Below, one piece after another: positions 17,734-26,037 of a stretch of 32,000 bases of DNA (position 1 is its first letter; the number at the start of each line of letters is the position of its first letter). The stretch is from positions 1,050,001 to 1,082,000 of the forward strand of contig CP065016.1 of the NCBI GenBank assembly GCA_016700375.1, written 5' to 3'. This DNA comes from Candidatus Saccharimonadota bacterium. GTDB lineage: Bacteria > Patescibacteriota > Saccharimonadia > Saccharimonadales > UBA4665. The notes beneath the pieces are model-generated. The model ran no database searches. It was not told where the DNA came from and saw nothing but the letters and a program-made list of their open reading frames with translations. The position numbers and the translations under genes are program-made.

Positions 17734-18735
17734 CTACTCCACAATGAAATAATCAAACCCAAAGCTGGCGTTTGCGGGTGGGTTGTTTGCGGCGCAAATA
17801 CTAAAGTTCGAAGCACTACGGTTTACATAGTAGCCGACAAGGGCGGCATTTGAGCCGACAGGAGTCGCAATTACATTTGGTGTGGCATTATACTTTTGAG
17901 TGAAGTTGACGGTAATAAAACAGCCAGCCACGGGACTGGTCCCAGTGTTTATATTGACACTTCCAGCGGTGTCGGAGCCGCTGAGCGCGACGGTACCGCC
18001 GCCTCCGAGGGCTGGCCCGTTGTCCCTGTCGGGTGTAGAACCGCCAATGACAATGTGGCGAGTAAGCGTAAGACTGCCGTTCATCTGCAGGGTGTTTACG
18101 GTGATTGCTGGCGCGGATATCGTCCCTCCAAAGGTGGCGCCACCCGCAACGCTCAGTCCTTTCTGGACGGCAAGCTGACCCTGAATGCTTGTATCGCCTG
18201 CTACGTTTAGGCCTTTGTTTACCTGGAGTTGTTCGAATATGCTATTACCCGACACGGTTATTCCAGGCACGCTAAGACTTCCTCCAACCTGAATTGCCCC
18301 TGCAACCTCTAGGCTGTCACGTATGAGTACCTTGCCAGCAAACACAGCATTACTTTGCACGCTCAGAATTTGTTTCGGCTGACCGACTGTTACGTCACTG
18401 GTTGCGAGCTGCTTGAGTGTATCTTGACTGAGGGATTGAGTTTGAATGGTGCTTTTTTCTTGTTTTTTGCTGTTGAGATATGTAATAAGAATTATTCCAC
18501 CCGCAACTGCAAGCAAGAATACGAACAACAACAAATAAATATTCACTTTTCTGATGAATTGCTGGACAAAAGAGCCCTGTTGGGCTGATGCCAAAGGCGT
18601 ATCGTCTATTTTGCCAGCCGAACTCGCACTGTTTTCGAGACTGTTGTCGTCCGCGCTCGTCTCAAGAGAGCTGCTGCTGCCGGCAGACTCGAGACTTTTC
18701 GAATCCTCACCGTTCTTTTTTTCATCATCTGCCAT
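17734..18735 (-). CDS. Membrane-anchored surface protein with beta-helix-type repeats
   Basis: 333 aa: acidic/Ser-rich N-terminus, one TM helix (IYLLLFVFLLAVAGGIILITYL), then ~100 aa of irregular short repeats (VAGAIQVGGSLSV / VSGNSIFEQLQV / NVAGDTSIQGQLAV / SVAGGATFGGTIS) and a C-terminal globular domain with 2 Cys. Confidence 0.65.
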   Translation of the reverse strand: MADDEKKNGEDSKSLESAGSSSSLETSADDNSLENSASSAGKIDDTPLASAQQGSFVQQFIRKVNIYLLLFVFLLAVAGGIILITYLNSKKQEKSTIQTQSLSQDTLKQLATSDVTVGQPKQILSVQSNAVFAGKVLIRDSLEVAGAIQVGGSLSVPGITVSGNSIFEQLQVNKGLNVAGDTSIQGQLAVQKGLSVAGGATFGGTISAPAITVNTLQMNGSLTLTRHIVIGGSTPDRDNGPALGGGGTVALSGSDTAGSVNINTGTSPVAGCFITVNFTQKYNATPNVIATPVGSNAALVGYYVNRSASNFSICAANNPPANASFGFDYFIVE

Positions 18736-19028
18736 GGGGCTTTTCTCTTATGCTTATACTGATTTAATCATACAGCACGAGCCGTTTAAAAGGAATAATA
18801 TTGTTGCTTAAGACCTCCCCGCAAAATAACTCCGCAGTCCATAACGCGCCCTTTTTGTCCCAAATAAATCAATAACCTTCGCATCGTAACAACGGTTACG
18901 ATTTGTCGGCTATTGCCAATTTGAAACAAAAATCATCGCGTTCTGGATATACGGCGTATTCTGCAAGAGGTCTTTTGTTTGCATCGAAACACAAAATGCG
19001 AGAAAATAAGCGTGAGTAGAATACTATT

Positions 19029-19787
19029 ATGAAAATACAAACATTATTTCGGATTTCCCTCGTCTCGATTGTACTCGCAACTAGCTGGAGTGCTACGGCC
19101 GTATTTGCGCAACAGTCATCTTCCTCAAGTTATCAGGTCAACGAAGTCTTTTTTGGTACTGGCGGCGAACTGAACGCCTGTTCTGGGAGTTATTGCTCGA
19201 AGCAGTCAGCAGGAGAGCTTACGGTTGGTAATACGAAAGGAAGCGCGTTTCAGGCTCAGGCTGGTTTCAACACCGACCGAACTCCATGGCTCGAGGCTTC
19301 AATTGTAGGTTCGCCAGATGTTGACCTCGGCGTGCTAGACACAGGCTCAACGAAAACAGGCACTGTTCAATTCAAGGTAAAGTCGTATTTGAGTAGCGGT
19401 TACGTCGTGCAAATTGTCGGTGCGCCACCTACCAACAGTGGTCACCAGTTAGCGCCGATGTCGGGAGCTGCATCTAGTGTTGGCAGCGAACAGTTCGGCA
19501 TGAACTTGCGTGCGAATAATCTTGCGACAGCATCACCAAATGCGTTCGGAACCGAACCGGTCCATGACCCCGACTACCCCACTGAGCCCTTTAGTTTTGG
19601 CACAGTTTCTGCTGCTTATAATACGGTGAACTCATTTAAGTACAATTCAACAGATACAATTGCCTCGTCTGTATCTTCATCAAGCTATACAATCTACACA
19701 ATTTCTTATATTGCGAATATATCTGCCGTCACCCCAGGCGGTACATATTCCACCGGACAATCTATCGTTGCAACGGCAACCTTTTAG
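19029..19787 (+). CDS. Secreted protein P1, short member of the ...TF-COOH paralogue family (WxL-like architecture)
   Basis: Signal peptide ...AVFA|QQS. It shares with P3 the motifs SGYVVQIVG/FGYTVRAFG, EQFGMNLRAN/NQFGMNLRAN, YNTVNSFKY/YNTPNSYKF, YTISYI.NI, and the C-terminus PGGTYSTGQSIVATATF-stop. Confidence 0.75.
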   Translation: MKIQTLFRISLVSIVLATSWSATAVFAQQSSSSSYQVNEVFFGTGGELNACSGSYCSKQSAGELTVGNTKGSAFQAQAGFNTDRTPWLEASIVGSPDVDLGVLDTGSTKTGTVQFKVKSYLSSGYVVQIVGAPPTNSGHQLAPMSGAASSVGSEQFGMNLRANNLATASPNAFGTEPVHDPDYPTEPFSFGTVSAAYNTVNSFKYNSTDTIASSVSSSSYTIYTISYIANISAVTPGGTYSTGQSIVATATF

Positions 19788-20090
19788 GCGGTACGTTGCT
19801 CCTGCCTGTGTTTTCATCAAGCCGTAGCGCAACGCTCTGCACCCGAAACAAAAAACAAAGCTTGTCTATGCGAGCCATTAGTATTTGAACACAATGAATA
19901 GGGCCATATTTGGGTAACTTAAAATAGTCGAAGCGAAAAGTGTTATATATATTATTAACAACGTTTAGCATTAATTTTTACAACAAAGTATGAATTTTCT
20001 CTGTAAATATTCTTGCAAGATTGTAAGAGGAGTGTTACATTGATGATGTAAATATTAATTAACACGTTACAACATTAAGGAGATTTACCT

Positions 20091-21335
20091 ATGAATATCA
20101 ACTATAAGTCGCTACGACGCCCGACGGCCGCCCTGATGGCGCTGGCGCTCGTAGTTGGTAGCGCCGTACCGGTGCTGCAGCATGCATTAGTGAGTGCAGC
20201 ACAGTTTTCAGATCGCTCCATCAAGCTCAGCGACTCTACACCATCAGCCACTGGTGTTCAGTATCAACTAACTTTTACGCCAGTCGCAAATGCGCAGGAG
20301 CTCATTGTTGACTTCTGTGGTGACACACCGCTCATTGGCGCAACATGTGCATTCTCTGCCGCCACAGTACCAACTATCTCAAGCCCCACGGTAGACACCG
20401 GTAGCGTCGCGACAGTTGGGTCTGGTAGCCCAGTTCACACTGTGCTTGTCACCGGCCTCACCTTGACAGCAGCGACACCAATCACTATTACGTTTACTGG
20501 TGGGTTCACCAACCCAACAACTGCAGCAGGAACATCATTCTATGCTCGCGTACTTACCTATGCTACCGGTAACGGTTCTGGGTATTCACCAGCCAACACC
20601 ACCGGTGGTGCAACTACCACGGGTACCTATGTTGACTACGGTGGTATTGCTATGAGCACAGTCCGACAAATTAGTATCACGGCTCGCGTTATGGAAACAC
20701 TGACCTTCTGTGTCTCTGGTGTAAACATTGACGGTACCGGTGGTGCAAGTGTCGACGAATGTGCTGAGTCAACCGCTCCCGCTCTCGAAATTGGTCAAGG
20801 TACACCAAAAGTACTTGACGCTGGCTCCATTGACGCCGCTACGGCCTACATGCAGCTTTCTACAAACGCAACCAGTGGCGCCATTGTCCGCATGAAAGCC
20901 ACGAACACCTGTGCAGTTGCTGGTCTCACGACCTCACCTCCTGCTGGTACTTGTAACATCCCTGGCATCAACGGTGGTGGTAACGGTAGCACACCTGTTA
21001 ACCTCGTCGCTGGCACCGCTGCCTTTGGACTCTTTGTCTCAGACAGTCGGACAACCACGGGTGTTGCGTCGAGCACCGGTACAATCACGGCCGACGCGAA
21101 CTACAACGATGGTACGCATGAGAACGAAGGTACCCCAAGCACCATCTACTACGGTATGGACAACCGCAACACAACAGAAGGTGTCAGAAGTACCTACGGT
21201 GACCCAATCGCCTCTAGTACTGGTCCAGTCAGCCGCATCAATAGCAACCTAGTGTTTGCTGCCACCCCAAGTCTAACGACTCCAGCCGGCATCTACACAG
21301 GCAATGAGATACTGATTGCGACGGGTACGTTCTAG
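20091..21335 (+). CDS. Secreted protein P2a, long member of the ...TF-COOH family
   Basis: SD aaggag. Signal peptide ...VSAA|QFS. N-terminal module RSIKLSDSTPSATGVQYQLTF...DFCGDTPLIGATC is shared with P3. Three Cys pairs. C-terminus PAGIYTGNEILIATGTF-stop. Confidence 0.8.
   Translation: MNINYKSLRRPTAALMALALVVGSAVPVLQHALVSAAQFSDRSIKLSDSTPSATGVQYQLTFTPVANAQELIVDFCGDTPLIGATCAFSAATVPTISSPTVDTGSVATVGSGSPVHTVLVTGLTLTAATPITITFTGGFTNPTTAAGTSFYARVLTYATGNGSGYSPANTTGGATTTGTYVDYGGIAMSTVRQISITARVMETLTFCVSGVNIDGTGGASVDECAESTAPALEIGQGTPKVLDAGSIDAATAYMQLSTNATSGAIVRMKATNTCAVAGLTTSPPAGTCNIPGINGGGNGSTPVNLVAGTAAFGLFVSDSRTTTGVASSTGTITADANYNDGTHENEGTPSTIYYGMDNRNTTEGVRSTYGDPIASSTGPVSRINSNLVFAATPSLTTPAGIYTGNEILIATGTF
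20214..21335 (+). repeat. Direct repeat copy A (1122 bp), no mismatch seen versus 21623-22744
   Basis: Offset of 1409 bp. I compared several blocks base by base. The three overlapping reading frames in the ORF track (414-aa, 113-aa and antisense 80-aa ORFs) are letter-identical between the copies. Confidence 0.9.
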
Positions 21336-21372
21336 GGTCTACAGATAGAGTAGAATATACAACGTATGTAAG

Positions 21373-21418
21373 GAGAAGCCGGTGCGCAACGAGCGTATCG
21401 GCTTCTCGCTCCTATAGT
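21373..21418 (+). terminator. Hairpin/terminator between P2a and P2b
   Basis: GAGAAGCCG-(17 nt)-CGGCTTCTC is a 9-bp stem, followed by a moderately T-rich stretch (gctcctatagtttt). Confidence 0.5.
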
Positions 21419-21425
21419 TTTATAC

Positions 21426-21455
21426 TTGAAAAACTAGCCGCAAGCGTGATACGAT
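21426..21455 (+). promoter_or_regulatory. Putative sigma70-type promoter for P2b-P3(-P4-P5)
   Basis: TTGAAA, then 17-18 nt, then ATACGAT, located ~45 nt upstream of ATG 21500, which has SD aggag. Confidence 0.35.
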
Positions 21456-21499
21456 GCCGAGGTTAACACCTAAAATAAAAACTATAGGAGAACAGTGTT

Positions 21500-22744
21500 A
21501 TGCAAATAAATAATAAAATAATTGGACGCAGCGCGGCGTTCCTGTCGGCCTTGGCATTGCTGGCGGGGGCAGTCATGCCGCTTTTGCAGCAATCTGTCGC
21601 GAAAGCCGCGCAGGTGACGACCCGCTCCATCAAGCTCAGCGACTCTACACCATCAGCCACTGGTGTTCAGTATCAACTAACTTTTACGCCAGTCGCAAAT
21701 GCGCAGGAGCTCATTGTTGACTTCTGTGGTGACACACCGCTCATTGGCGCAACATGTGCATTCTCTGCCGCCACAGTACCAACTATCTCAAGCCCCACGG
21801 TAGACACCGGTAGCGTCGCGACAGTTGGGTCTGGTAGCCCAGTTCACACTGTGCTTGTCACCGGCCTCACCTTGACAGCAGCGACACCAATCACTATTAC
21901 GTTTACTGGTGGGTTCACCAACCCAACAACTGCAGCAGGAACATCATTCTATGCTCGCGTACTTACCTATGCTACCGGTAACGGTTCTGGGTATTCACCA
22001 GCCAACACCACCGGTGGTGCAACTACCACGGGTACCTATGTTGACTACGGTGGTATTGCTATGAGCACAGTCCGACAAATTAGTATCACGGCTCGCGTTA
22101 TGGAAACACTGACCTTCTGTGTCTCTGGTGTAAACATTGACGGTACCGGTGGTGCAAGTGTCGACGAATGTGCTGAGTCAACCGCTCCCGCTCTCGAAAT
22201 TGGTCAAGGTACACCAAAAGTACTTGACGCTGGCTCCATTGACGCCGCTACGGCCTACATGCAGCTTTCTACAAACGCAACCAGTGGCGCCATTGTCCGC
22301 ATGAAAGCCACGAACACCTGTGCAGTTGCTGGTCTCACGACCTCACCTCCTGCTGGTACTTGTAACATCCCTGGCATCAACGGTGGTGGTAACGGTAGCA
22401 CACCTGTTAACCTCGTCGCTGGCACCGCTGCCTTTGGACTCTTTGTCTCAGACAGTCGGACAACCACGGGTGTTGCGTCGAGCACCGGTACAATCACGGC
22501 CGACGCGAACTACAACGATGGTACGCATGAGAACGAAGGTACCCCAAGCACCATCTACTACGGTATGGACAACCGCAACACAACAGAAGGTGTCAGAAGT
22601 ACCTACGGTGACCCAATCGCCTCTAGTACTGGTCCAGTCAGCCGCATCAATAGCAACCTAGTGTTTGCTGCCACCCCAAGTCTAACGACTCCAGCCGGCA
22701 TCTACACAGGCAATGAGATACTGATTGCGACGGGTACGTTCTAG
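21500..22744 (+). CDS. Secreted protein P2b, with a mature region identical to P2a
   Basis: A different 5' region and signal peptide (...AKAA|QVT). From codon 42 onward it is identical to P2a. Confidence 0.8.
   Translation: MQINNKIIGRSAAFLSALALLAGAVMPLLQQSVAKAAQVTTRSIKLSDSTPSATGVQYQLTFTPVANAQELIVDFCGDTPLIGATCAFSAATVPTISSPTVDTGSVATVGSGSPVHTVLVTGLTLTAATPITITFTGGFTNPTTAAGTSFYARVLTYATGNGSGYSPANTTGGATTTGTYVDYGGIAMSTVRQISITARVMETLTFCVSGVNIDGTGGASVDECAESTAPALEIGQGTPKVLDAGSIDAATAYMQLSTNATSGAIVRMKATNTCAVAGLTTSPPAGTCNIPGINGGGNGSTPVNLVAGTAAFGLFVSDSRTTTGVASSTGTITADANYNDGTHENEGTPSTIYYGMDNRNTTEGVRSTYGDPIASSTGPVSRINSNLVFAATPSLTTPAGIYTGNEILIATGTF
21623..22744 (+). repeat. Direct repeat copy B (1122 bp)
   Basis: See copy A. 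Identity starts at cgctccatcaagctc and ends exactly at the TAG stop. Confidence 0.9.
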
Positions 22745-22778
22745 AAGTACAATACGAGGAACGGTGGAAAGGTCTCCT

Positions 22779-23834
22779 ATGTTCAATCGTTCCAAAATAC
22801 AAAAAGGTGTTTTCTCTCTACTACTCCTTCCAGTTATGCTGGGGGGAGTAGTCTTTTGGGTAAATATGGCCCAGGGGATTCAGCTACAGGTTCGTTCAGT
22901 TAAGCTGTCAAACTCTGTAGTAAGTGCGACGACTCGATACGAGGTTTCGTTTGTCCACCAGAGCGCTTCCTCGGTTGGGAGTGTACGTTTACAAGTGTGT
23001 GCCAATGACCCGTTGATTGGCCAACCTTGCACACCACCAACGGGTTTTAGTGCAACGGGAGCTGTCCTAGAAGTGCAAACGGGGATAAATGGCTTCACAA
23101 TATCTCCAGCCTCGACAGGTAATGAAATAATCCTAACGCGAACGCCGGGTATTCCCCCCGCCAACACCGCGGCATTGTATGAATTTTCAAACATCGTCAA
23201 TCCTAGCAGCGCAGGAACGTATTTTATTCGGGTAGAGTCATTTGCGTCCACAGATGCAACCGGTCCTAATCTTGACTATGGCGGCCTGGCGTTTAATATT
23301 AACCGCTCATTAAGCATTAACGTAACAGTGCCTCCATTTTTGCTCTTTTGTACGGGAGTGACAATCCAGCCGTATGACTGTGGTACCGCAACAGGGGCAT
23401 ATACAGATTTTGGCGACTTTTCTCCGACGTCTACGAAAACAGGAAAATTGCAAATGCTCGTTGCGACGAACGCTGAGTTTGGGTATACCGTACGAGCATT
23501 TGGCCCGACCCTTACGTCTGGAGTGAATACAATTACACCACTTGCAGTACCAGATGTATCTCGGCAAGGTGTGAATCAGTTTGGTATGAATCTTCGAGCT
23601 AACGTGAACCCATCTGTGGGACAGGAAGTGCAGGGAAGCGGTGTGGCAACCATTGGTGCGGGATACAATACCCCAAATAGTTATAAGTTTGTTTCCGGCG
23701 ATGTTATCGCAAACTCAACAACATCAGATGCCTATCGACTATATACCATAAGCTATATAGTCAATATTGCGAATGGACAGGCGCCTGGTATATATGTGAC
23801 AACGCTACAGTATATTGCACTCGCAACATTCTGA
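22779..23834 (+). CDS. Secreted protein P3, two-module member of the ...TF-COOH family
   Basis: Start at ATG 22779 (SD ggtggaaagg), not the track's 22725, which overlaps P2b. Signal peptide ...VNMA|QGI. The N-module (VRSVKLSNSVVSATTRYEVSF...VCANDPLIGQPC) is homologous to P2. The C-module is homologous to P1. C-terminus PGIYVTTLQYIALATF-stop. Confidence 0.8.
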   Translation: MFNRSKIQKGVFSLLLLPVMLGGVVFWVNMAQGIQLQVRSVKLSNSVVSATTRYEVSFVHQSASSVGSVRLQVCANDPLIGQPCTPPTGFSATGAVLEVQTGINGFTISPASTGNEIILTRTPGIPPANTAALYEFSNIVNPSSAGTYFIRVESFASTDATGPNLDYGGLAFNINRSLSINVTVPPFLLFCTGVTIQPYDCGTATGAYTDFGDFSPTSTKTGKLQMLVATNAEFGYTVRAFGPTLTSGVNTITPLAVPDVSRQGVNQFGMNLRANVNPSVGQEVQGSGVATIGAGYNTPNSYKFVSGDVIANSTTSDAYRLYTISYIVNIANGQAPGIYVTTLQYIALATF

Positions 23835-24004
23835 GCTGGCTTTCTTGTGCATACGTCAAAAAGGCGAACCACGTTCAGTGAACGTTTAGGGGCGAGACAT
23901 AATGCAAGCACACGATGAGCATATGGTAAAAATAACAGCGACAATACATTGTAAAAAACTCCGTTTCTGTTACCATAAGTGCAAAGACTAAAAAGAGGGA
24001 AGCC

Positions 24005-24997
24005 ATGCGCAATTTTATTAAACTTGTATCAATCGTTATTGCAGTGGTCGGGGTTACGGCTAGTCTGGCTATTCAAAGCGCCAGCGCCCAGACACAAGAT
24101 GGTGGTAGTGGTATTTTTATTTCTCCCGTTAGAACAGAACTAGTCATTGCGCCCGGTGAAACAAAAACAGTAACGGTGACCGTAAAAAACGTAACCAACT
24201 CGAACACAACATACAAGGCAATCGTTAACGATTTTATTGCCGGTGACAACGAGCTTGGACAGCCGGCCCTCATCCTTGATGATGATAAATATGCTCCTAG
24301 CCATAGCCTAAAGCGTCATATTGCGGCTATTCCTAATATTTCGGTAAACGCAGGTGAATCCAAAAACGTAAAAGTAAGCGTAACTATACCAAAAGATGCC
24401 GCAGGTGGCGGATATTTTGGGGCAGTCCGATTTTTGGCAATAAGCGGCAAGCAAGGACAAAACATTACTCTTTCAGCAAGTGTAGGTTCGCTCATTCTCG
24501 TTCGTGTACCTGGTGATATTCGAGAGGGCATGACGCTAGCCAGTTTTGACGTAAGGAAGAGCGAAACGGCAAATAGCGGGAGCGCGTTCTTTACGAGCAA
24601 TAAGAATTTGTATGTGATGGCACGTTTCAAGAACACCGGAAATGTTCACGAGCAGCCCTTCGGGAAGATTATTTTGCGAAAAGGTGACAAAGTCTTGCAA
24701 ACGACAGAAATAAATAACACCGACCCCAAGGGCAATGTATTGCCAGATAGCATAAGGCGGTTTAGCATAAAGCTTGACAAAGTTGGCTCATGGGGAAAAT
24801 ATACGGTTGAAGGAAATTTTGGGTATGGGACCACGGGGCAGCTGATTAGCGGGAAGACGAGCTTCTTTGTACTTCCTCTTGTATTGATTGTCATAGGTTT
24901 AGTGCTGCTTGGGCTTATAATCTTTGCGATTTTTGGTTTGCCGAGAGCAATAAAGCGCTATAACGCCGGTGTCGTTCGTCGGGCTGGTCGTCGCTAG
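24005..24997 (+). CDS. DUF916/DUF3324-like (CscA/DufA-type) cell-surface protein with a C-terminal TM anchor
   Basis: Signal peptide ...SASA|QTQ. The first beta-sandwich (ISPVRTELVIAPGETKTVTVTVKNVTN...NISVNAGESKNVKVSVTIPKDAAGGGYFGAVRF) and the second (LILVRVPG...ARFKNTGNVHEQPFGKIILRK...LPDSIRRFSIKLD..GKYTVEG) follow the pattern I recall for DUF916 plus DUF3324. This is followed by a TM helix (VLPLVLIVIGLVLLGLIIFAIFGL) and a basic tail. Confidence 0.7.
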   Translation: MRNFIKLVSIVIAVVGVTASLAIQSASAQTQDGGSGIFISPVRTELVIAPGETKTVTVTVKNVTNSNTTYKAIVNDFIAGDNELGQPALILDDDKYAPSHSLKRHIAAIPNISVNAGESKNVKVSVTIPKDAAGGGYFGAVRFLAISGKQGQNITLSASVGSLILVRVPGDIREGMTLASFDVRKSETANSGSAFFTSNKNLYVMARFKNTGNVHEQPFGKIILRKGDKVLQTTEINNTDPKGNVLPDSIRRFSIKLDKVGSWGKYTVEGNFGYGTTGQLISGKTSFFVLPLVLIVIGLVLLGLIIFAIFGLPRAIKRYNAGVVRRAGRR

Positions 24998-25066
24998 AAG
25001 ACACGTCTGGTCGCGGAGCTCATTTTCCGGTATGCTTGAGGTATACCATAAGCATAGTAGTCATTT

Positions 25067-25987
25067 ATGAGACACATTACACAGAAACTTTTACCAACTG
25101 CCGTGCTAAGCTTGCTGCTTGTTGTTGGCACCGTTGCAACGGTACATGGACAAATTGGTAGCCCCAACCCCCAACAAAGTGGCACTACTGGTTTGCAGGG
25201 AAAAGTTTCGAGTCCACCCCCAACAACGCCGGCAACCATTACAACCCCCACATCGGGCCGTAGTTTCAACACAACCCCTATAACAGTTAGTGGTCTCTGT
25301 AAAACTGGTCTGCTGGTAAAAATCTTTAGCAACAACATTTTTGTTGGTTCGGCGGATTGCGCCGGGGGGAGCTACAGTATACAGGTTGACATTTTTGGCG
25401 GGAGCAATGAGCTTGTTGCCAAGGTATATGATGCGCTTGACCAAGAGGGCCCTGAGAGTAACAAAGTGACGGTTACTTTTCAGGACACCCAATTTGCTGC
25501 TTTTGGGCAGCGTATTACTCTTTCTAGTAACCTTGCTAAGCTTGGTGCTCCCGTTGGCTCACAGTTAACATGGCCAATCATTCTTAGTGGTGGTACCGGA
25601 CCCTACGCCATAAGTGTCGACTGGGGTGACGGCAGTGCGACAGACCTGAAGAGTCAGCCATTTGCCGGCACATTTGATATTACCCATACCTATAAATCCG
25701 CTGGTATATATCGGGTGGTTGTAAAAGCGACCGATTCTACCGGCGCGACTGCTTTTTTACAGATTGTTGGTGTTGGAAATGGGCCTGTTACCCAGAGCAG
25801 CACAGGAAGTAAAAATGGAGCAAACGGTGGAGGGGTCACAAAAGTTGTATATATCTGGTGGCCGCTACTGCTAATGGTCCCACTCATTATTGCTATGTTC
25901 TGGGTTGGTAAGCGTTACGAGCTGACAGCCATCCACAAGCAGCTTGAGCAGCAGGCGCAGCTATACAACAACGAAATCCAACGCTAA
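25067..25987 (+). CDS. Membrane-anchored surface protein with an Ig-like and a PKD domain
   Basis: Signal peptide ...TVHG|QIG, a Pro/Thr linker and an Ig-like module with two Cys. PKD signature: ISVDWGDGSATD...FDITHTYKSAGIYRVVVKATDSTGATA. C-terminal TM helix (WWPLLLMVPLIIAMFWV) and a short cytoplasmic tail. Confidence 0.75.
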   Translation: MRHITQKLLPTAVLSLLLVVGTVATVHGQIGSPNPQQSGTTGLQGKVSSPPPTTPATITTPTSGRSFNTTPITVSGLCKTGLLVKIFSNNIFVGSADCAGGSYSIQVDIFGGSNELVAKVYDALDQEGPESNKVTVTFQDTQFAAFGQRITLSSNLAKLGAPVGSQLTWPIILSGGTGPYAISVDWGDGSATDLKSQPFAGTFDITHTYKSAGIYRVVVKATDSTGATAFLQIVGVGNGPVTQSSTGSKNGANGGGVTKVVYIWWPLLLMVPLIIAMFWVGKRYELTAIHKQLEQQAQLYNNEIQR

Positions 25988-26004
25988 ACCGACCAAGCTC
26001 TTTT

Positions 26005-26037
26005 GCCGCAAAAACAAATGCGGGCCTTCGCGCCCGC
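26005..26037 (-). terminator. Minus-strand rho-independent terminator with no minus-strand ORF upstream of it
   Basis: Stem GCGGGC/GCCCGC (26020-26025 / 26032-26037). On the minus strand it is followed by ATTTGTTTTTGCGG. On the plus strand there is no U-tract after the stem. Confidence 0.55.

Noticed and set aside
20846-21252. Internal 80-aa (minus) and 113-aa (plus) ORFs, duplicated at 22255-22661
   Set aside because: These are out-of-frame or antisense shadows inside P2a/P2b. They are duplicated only because the host gene is duplicated, although they are useful as evidence of nucleotide identity.
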